In this document: piece after piece, positions 58,550 to 64,000 of the stretch | Layout of the letters: every line of letters begins with the position of its first letter | Numbering within the stretch: the first letter of the stretch is position 1 | Source of the DNA: Geothrix sp. | GTDB taxonomy: Bacteria; Acidobacteriota; Holophagae; Holophagales; Holophagaceae | Reading direction: 5' to 3' | DNA length: 64,000 bases | Assembly (NCBI GenBank): GCA_036504495.1 | Contig: DASXVC010000014.1 | Coordinates: 2,366-66,365, forward strand | The notes under the pieces: model-generated | What the model was told of the DNA's origin: nothing | Databases searched by the model: none | The model's input: the letters and a program-made list of their open reading frames with translations, nothing else | Position numbers and translations under genes: made by a program

Positions 58550-59905
58550 TCACCTCTCCAGGGAGGCCAGCAGCTCCTGGAAGCGCGGGTGCGAGCGGAT
58601 GGAGTCCAGATCGCCGTCGTGGATGAACCAGTCCTTCTGGGATAGTCCCCCGGCCACGGCACGCTCCAGGCAATCCAGGCTCTCCTCGGGATCACCAGCC
58701 AGGGCATGGATGCACCCCAGGTTGTAGAGCAGCATGGGGTCGTCGGGGTCCATGCTGCGGGCCATCCGGGCCCAGGCCAGGCCCTTGTCGCGCTCCCCCA
58801 GGGCCACGAGGGCGTTGGCTCCCAGGTAGCGGGCGCGCGCATCATCGGGGGCGTGCTCCAGCCGTTCCTCCACCAGGGCCAGGCCGGCCCGGCGGGCCCG
58901 CTCCGCCTCATCCTCGAGCCCCAGGCTGTGATAGACCTGGGCCACCAGCAGGATGGCCTGGAAGTCCTCGGGGCGGAGTGCCGCCGCCCATTCGAAGTAC
59001 TCGATGGCCCGTTCCGGCTTGCCTGCCGCGAAGCAATGGCGGGCATAGAAATAGGCGGCGGAGTAGAGGTTGGGATTCAGGCGGAGGGCGGTTTCGAAGG
59101 CCGCCTCCGCCTCGTCGGCCAGGCCGGCGGCGGAAAGGGCGGCGCCCCGGGACGCATGGGCCTCGGCCAGTTCCGGGTCCAGTTCCAGGGCCTTGCGGCT
59201 GCAGGACTCCGCCAATTCCCTTTGGGGCTCGGTTCGGTCGATGTAGATGTAGCTGTAGGCTGCGCAGTTCGCCAGGCCCGCCCAGGCCGAGGGGAAATTC
59301 GGATCACGGTCCAGGGCGCGCCGGTACATCTCCGCCGCCTGGCTCATGCCATGGCGGTTGAACCGGAAATACTGCTGCCGGCCCCTCAGGTAGCACTCAT
59401 AGGCTTCGAGGTCCACCGGGTATCTGGGCCGTACGGACGCGGGCACATGCAGTGCCAAAGCCACGGAGCGGGTGATGTCATCGAGGGTGGCGAAGAGATC
59501 CTTCCGGTCGAAGGTATAGACCCTGGACCAGGCCACCCGGCCTGATTTCACATCCACCAGTTCCGCTTTCAGGATCAGGAGGCGTTCATCTTTCCTGAGT
59601 GAGCCCGTGAGGATGGCGGTCGCATGCAGGCGGCGCCCCGCCGCCAACGGGGAGAGGGCCGATCCTCCATACCAGAAGGAGGTGGTCCTGGAGACCACCT
59701 GGAGGTCCTCCAGGTGGTTGAGGGACTGGAGCACCTCATCGGCGATCCCCTCGCTGAGGTGCGAATCGCCGCCATCCGGCCGTTGATCCAGAAAAGGGAG
59801 GACAGCCACCACGGCCCGCCCTTTCCGCGCCTTGGGATGAACGGGGCCCCTTTTCGCAACTCCGGTCCGGGAGGATCGAGGGAACTTCCCCAACTGCAGG
59901 GTCAT
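58550..59905 (-). CDS. TolB-like/TPR repeat protein (adenylate-cyclase-associated type, no catalytic domain seen)
   Basis: VAVLPF...SEGIADE...VVSRTTSF, EAYECYLRG, TPR repeats, YNLGC..A, DGDLDSIRSHPRF. Confidence 0.85.
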   Translation of the reverse strand: MTLQLGKFPRSSRTGVAKRGPVHPKARKGRAVVAVLPFLDQRPDGGDSHLSEGIADEVLQSLNHLEDLQVVSRTTSFWYGGSALSPLAAGRRLHATAILTGSLRKDERLLILKAELVDVKSGRVAWSRVYTFDRKDLFATLDDITRSVALALHVPASVRPRYPVDLEAYECYLRGRQQYFRFNRHGMSQAAEMYRRALDRDPNFPSAWAGLANCAAYSYIYIDRTEPQRELAESCSRKALELDPELAEAHASRGAALSAAGLADEAEAAFETALRLNPNLYSAAYFYARHCFAAGKPERAIEYFEWAAALRPEDFQAILLVAQVYHSLGLEDEAERARRAGLALVEERLEHAPDDARARYLGANALVALGERDKGLAWARMARSMDPDDPMLLYNLGCIHALAGDPEESLDCLERAVAGGLSQKDWFIHDGDLDSIRSHPRFQELLASLER

Positions 59906-60027
59906 GGTCCACCTCATCGGCCATCCCGGAAACAGGACCATGGGGTGCATAGATATACCGACCCCGATCCGGGCGTGGTATCAGCATGGGATGGCTGGAC
60001 CTTCGCGCAAGGGGCCGCGGCGCCCGC

Positions 60028-61587
60028 CTAGCTTTCGACCTCTCCCAGCCTCAGATCGAACGGGATCCCCGCCCGTTTGCAGGCCGCGATGAAGCTCTCC
60101 TTGTCGGGGCACTTGAGGTAGGCCTCCATGGGCTCCACTTTCTTGTCCTTCATGTGCTCGACCAGCGCATCGTTCATGAGCCGCTGGCCGTAGCTGCGGC
60201 CGGTCTGCATGGCGCTGGGAATCTGGAAGTTCTTGCCTTCGCGGATGAGGTTGGCGATGGCAGGGCTGATGAAGAGCGTCTCCAGGGCGGCGATGCGGCC
60301 GCCGCCGATCTTCTTCAGCAGGGTCTGGCTCACCACGCACTTCAGGGCGTCCGCCAGCATCACGCGGATCTGCTGCTGCCGGTCGGCGGGGAACTGGTCC
60401 ACGATGCGGTCGATGGTGCCGATGGCACTGCTGGTGTGGAGGGTGCCGAAGACCAGGTGGCCGGTGATGGCCGTCTCCAGGGCGATGGCGATGGTCTCCA
60501 GGTCGCGCATCTCACCCACCATCACGATGTCGGGATCCTCGCGCAGGGCGGCCCGGAGGCCGTTCTTGAAGCTGTCCGTGTGGGTGCCCACCTCGCGCTG
60601 GTTCACGAGGCAGCCCTTGCGCGGATGCACGAACTCGATGGGATCCTCGATGGTGAGGATGTGGTCCTGCCGCTTCTGGTTGGCCAGGTCGATGATCGCC
60701 GCCAGGGTGGTGGATTTGCCGCTGCCCGTGGGGCCGGTCACCAGCACCAGGCCCTTGGAGAGGTCGCAGAGGCGCCGGATGGGATCGGGCAGGCCCAGCT
60801 TGTCTGGATCGGGGATCTGGTTGGGGATGACGCGGCAGACCAGGCCCGGCCCCACCCGATCCATGAAGTAGTTCACGCGCAGGCGGCAGCCACCCGACTC
60901 GTAGGCGTACGCGAAATCCGCATCGTGGCGTTCCTGGAAGTGGTGCCAGGCGGTTGGAGTGGCCACCGCTTCCATCATCTCCAGCAAGGTGGCTGGTTCC
61001 AGACGGCCGAACCCCTCCAGCTCCTTCATGTCGCCGTGAATGCGCGCCAGGGGCGGTTCCAGGGAGGTGCAGTGCAGGTCTGAGCCTTGCTGGGCGAGCA
61101 GGGCGGTGAAGAGGCGGTCGGCCAGGGGGTGGGTGTGGCTGCGGTCCGGCCGCGGAAGCTGTGGCGCACTGGCCACGCCCACGGGAGCGGCCTTGGGCGT
61201 GGGGGCAGGCGCGGTCGCGGCGATGGCGACTGGCGTGGGAACGGGTGCTGGCGCGGGGTTGGGCTGCGCCTGGGAACGGGCTGGGCCCTTGTGCTCCGCA
61301 ATGATGAGCGGGACGTCGAGGTAGCGGCTCAGGCGGATCAGGAAGGTCTGGCCGCTGAGGTCGTGTTCGAATTCGGCCTTGCCATCCTTCTGCCAGGTGG
61401 CTTTCAGCGCTCCGGGGACCACTTCCCCCGCCAGGACATCCACCATCACCGTGGGCAGGGGGTTCGGCAGCAGGTCCACGGCCTCGCCGTTCTTGAGTTC
61501 CAGGCGGGGCTTCTTATCCGCCTCCAGGCGGAGCAGGGTGCCGCCCCTGGCGATGACGTGGGAAAGCAGCCGGTCCAGCTGGGCCAT
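60028..61587 (-). CDS. pilT: Type IV pilus retraction ATPase with N-terminal extension
   Basis: [52 protein letters not shown]. Confidence 0.92.
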   Translation of the reverse strand: MAQLDRLLSHVIARGGTLLRLEADKKPRLELKNGEAVDLLPNPLPTVMVDVLAGEVVPGALKATWQKDGKAEFEHDLSGQTFLIRLSRYLDVPLIIAEHKGPARSQAQPNPAPAPVPTPVAIAATAPAPTPKAAPVGVASAPQLPRPDRSHTHPLADRLFTALLAQQGSDLHCTSLEPPLARIHGDMKELEGFGRLEPATLLEMMEAVATPTAWHHFQERHDADFAYAYESGGCRLRVNYFMDRVGPGLVCRVIPNQIPDPDKLGLPDPIRRLCDLSKGLVLVTGPTGSGKSTTLAAIIDLANQKRQDHILTIEDPIEFVHPRKGCLVNQREVGTHTDSFKNGLRAALREDPDIVMVGEMRDLETIAIALETAITGHLVFGTLHTSSAIGTIDRIVDQFPADRQQQIRVMLADALKCVVSQTLLKKIGGGRIAALETLFISPAIANLIREGKNFQIPSAMQTGRSYGQRLMNDALVEHMKDKKVEPMEAYLKCPDKESFIAACKRAGIPFDLRLGEVES

Positions 61588-61692
61588 GAATGTCTCCTGC
61601 AGCCTTCAAAGGATGCCACGGGTCACAGCCTTCGGGGTTCGGACATGATGGCCCGGCCGCTAGACTGGGAAGTGACCTTCTCGGGAGCAAGC

Positions 61693-62850
61693 ATGAACAT
61701 CCATGAATACCAAGCCAAGGAGCTGCTGAGGCAGTACAAGGTGGCCACGCCCGACGGCAAGGTCGCCCAGGACGCTGAGGAAGCCCGCATGATCACCAAG
61801 GAATTCGGCGGGGCCAGCGTCGTCAAGGCGCAGATCCACGCCGGCGGCCGCGGCAAGGGCGGTGGCGTGAAGTTCGCGACGGATCCCGACAAGGCCGCCG
61901 AGCTGTTCAAGGCCATGATCGGCATGCAGCTCGTCACCAAGCAGACCGGCGCCGAGGGGCGCAAGGTCCGCACGGTGTTCCTCTCCAAGCCCGTGGACAT
62001 CGAACGGGAACTCTACTTGAGCTTCCTGGTGGACCGCGTCACCAGCCGGGTCACCATCCTGGCTTCCACCGAGGGTGGTGTGGAGATCGAGGAAGTCGCC
62101 GAGAAGACCCCCGAGAAGATCGTCCGGGTGGCCGTGGATCCGGCCCTGGGCCTCAGCGGCTTCCAGGCGCGCCAGGTGGCCTTCGCCCTCGGGCTCGAAG
62201 GCAACGCCTTCAAGCAGGGCGTCGTGTTCCTCCAGAACCTCTACCGGCTCTTCGTGGAAAAGGATTGCTCCATGGTGGAGATCAATCCGCTGGTCATCAC
62301 CAAGCAGGGCGACGTGACCGCCCTGGACGCCAAGATCGGCTTCGATGACAACGGCCTGGTCCGCCACCCCGACGTGCTGGCCTACCGCGACCTCAACGAG
62401 GAAGCGGAGGAGGAAGTGGAAGCCAGCAAGTACAATCTCAACTTCATCAAGCTGGATGGCAGCATCGGCTGCATGGTGAACGGCGCCGGCCTGGCCATGG
62501 CCACCATGGACATCATCAAGTACTGCGGCAGCTCCCCGGCCAACTTCCTGGACGTGGGCGGCAGCGCCACCGAGGATGCGGTGAAGAACGCCTTCCGCAT
62601 CATCCTGCAGGACAAGTCCGTGAAGGCCGTGCTGGTGAACATCTTCGGCGGCATCATGCGCTGCGACATCGTGGCTTCCGGCATCGTGAACGCGGCGAAG
62701 GAGATCGGCATCAAGGTCCCCGTGGTCGTGCGCCTTGAGGGCACCAACGTCGAAGAAGGCAAGAAGATCCTCGCGGAGAGTGGCCTGAACCTCATCGTTG
62801 GAGCCGACCTGAAGGACGCCGCCGAGAAGGTGGTCGCTTCCATCAAGTAG
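61693..62850 (+). CDS. sucC: Succinyl-CoA synthetase beta subunit
   Basis: [49 protein letters not shown]. Confidence 0.97.
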   Translation: MNIHEYQAKELLRQYKVATPDGKVAQDAEEARMITKEFGGASVVKAQIHAGGRGKGGGVKFATDPDKAAELFKAMIGMQLVTKQTGAEGRKVRTVFLSKPVDIERELYLSFLVDRVTSRVTILASTEGGVEIEEVAEKTPEKIVRVAVDPALGLSGFQARQVAFALGLEGNAFKQGVVFLQNLYRLFVEKDCSMVEINPLVITKQGDVTALDAKIGFDDNGLVRHPDVLAYRDLNEEAEEEVEASKYNLNFIKLDGSIGCMVNGAGLAMATMDIIKYCGSSPANFLDVGGSATEDAVKNAFRIILQDKSVKAVLVNIFGGIMRCDIVASGIVNAAKEIGIKVPVVVRLEGTNVEEGKKILAESGLNLIVGADLKDAAEKVVASIK

Positions 62851-62894
62851 TCCCACCACGGAACCCGATCGATTCCATTCTTGCGAGGTATGAC

Positions 62895-63767
62895 ATGGCA
62901 GTTCTCGTGGGCAACCACACCAAACTCATCGTTCAGGGCATCACGGGCCGCGAAGGCCTCTTCCACGCCAAGGGCTGCCGCGACTACGGCACGAACGTGG
63001 TCGGCGGCGTGACCCCCGGCAAGGGCGGCACCGAGATCGAAGGCTTCCCGGTCTTCAACACCGTCCAGGATGCCGTGGCCAAGACCGGCGCCAACGCCAC
63101 CATGATCTTCGTCCCCCCCGTGGCCGCCGCGGATGCCATCCTCGAAGCCCTCGACGCGGGCATCGAGCTGGTCGTCTGCATCACCGAGGGCATCCCCGTC
63201 CTCGACATGGTCAAGGTCAAGCGGGTGCTCCCCAATTATCCCAAGAGCCGCCTCATCGGCCCCAACTGCCCCGGCATCATCAGCCCCGGCCTGGCCAAGA
63301 TCGGCATCATGCCCGGCCGCATCCACAAGCAGGGGCACGTGGGCGTGGTCAGCCGCTCCGGCACCCTCACCTATGAGGCCGTGGGCCAGCTCACGGCCCT
63401 GGGCATCGGCCAGAGCACCTGCATCGGCATTGGCGGTGATCCCGTGAGCGGCACCAGCCACATCGATGCGCTGGAGATGTTCAACAATGATCCCGACACC
63501 CACGCCGTCATCATGATCGGCGAGATCGGCGGCAGCGCCGAGGAAGATGCCGCCGCCTGGGTCAAGGCCAACATGAAGAAGCCCGTGGTGGCCTTCATCG
63601 CCGGCCAGACGGCCCCTCCGGGCCGCCGCATGGGCCATGCGGGCGCCATCATCTCTGGAGGCAAGGGCACCGCCGCCGAGAAGATGAAGGCTCTCACCGC
63701 CGCTGGCATCACCGTCGTGCAGAGCCCCGCCGACATGGGCAAGGCCCTGGCCGAGCGCCTGAAGTAG
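62895..63767 (+). CDS. sucD: Succinyl-CoA synthetase alpha subunit
   Basis: [32 protein letters not shown]. Confidence 0.97.
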   Translation: MAVLVGNHTKLIVQGITGREGLFHAKGCRDYGTNVVGGVTPGKGGTEIEGFPVFNTVQDAVAKTGANATMIFVPPVAAADAILEALDAGIELVVCITEGIPVLDMVKVKRVLPNYPKSRLIGPNCPGIISPGLAKIGIMPGRIHKQGHVGVVSRSGTLTYEAVGQLTALGIGQSTCIGIGGDPVSGTSHIDALEMFNNDPDTHAVIMIGEIGGSAEEDAAAWVKANMKKPVVAFIAGQTAPPGRRMGHAGAIISGGKGTAAEKMKALTAAGITVVQSPADMGKALAERLK

Positions 63768-63782
63768 TCACAACGAAAAGCT

Positions 63783-63867
63783 TCACCACCAAGACACCAA
63801 GGCACCAAGGCACCAAGGCACCAAGAACTGCTATTTTCTTTTCTTGGTGTCTTGGTGTCTTGGTGGT
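63783..63867. repeat. Inverted-repeat element, CACCAAGR 8-mer family
   Basis: TCAC(CACCAAGR)x5...CTTGGTGTCTTGGTGTCTTGGTGGT downstream of sucD. Confidence 0.85.
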
Positions 63868-63878
63868 TAATTTTCATT

Positions 63879-64000
63879 ATGCTGATTTCGAGAGAAATGG
63901 TCCTGGACCAGGACATTGGCCTCAACGCCACGCTGTTCGGCGGGGACATGATGGCCCGCATGGACAAGGTGGCGGGGATCACCGCCTCGCTCATGTCCCG
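63879..64000 (+). CDS. Acyl-CoA thioesterase (YciA-like hotdog), 5' part only
   Basis: Hand translation MLISREMVLDQDIGLNATLFGGDMMARMDKVAG fits the N..G.LFGG....MD motif; runs off the window. Confidence 0.7.
   Translation, partial: MLISREMVLDQDIGLNATLFGGDMMARMDKVAGITASLMS

Overview
High-GC bacterial chromosomal window, mostly housekeeping and metabolic genes: mdh, class II ribonucleotide reductase nrdJ, hemH/hemG, gltB, dnaX, tamB-like, rpoD-dnaG, kbl/tdh, asnB, udk, yajQ, pilT and sucCD. Gene content and style suggest Holophagaceae/Geothrix-like Acidobacteriota, which is an unverified inference. No tRNA, rRNA, CRISPR array, transposase or integrase was seen. The main interest is in the intergenic DNA. 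(1) An unannotated Asn-rich 29-codon leader peptide with terminator and antiterminator lies upstream of asnB, consistent with an asparagine-sensing attenuator. (2) About 11 intergenic elements from at least six sequence families share one architecture: inverted arms built of 8-10-bp tandem units. They cluster around low-GC accessory genes, including a stand-alone Cas2/VapD-like gene, and one copy is triply nested. (3) An integrase-less remnant of two integron cassettes carries decayed attC sites. (4) The SRP RNA gene has a shortened apical helix. (5) A 191-bp MITE and tri-loop double-hairpin elements are present. Product calls come from motif recognition only, with no database searches, and several start codons were trimmed by eye from the ORF track.
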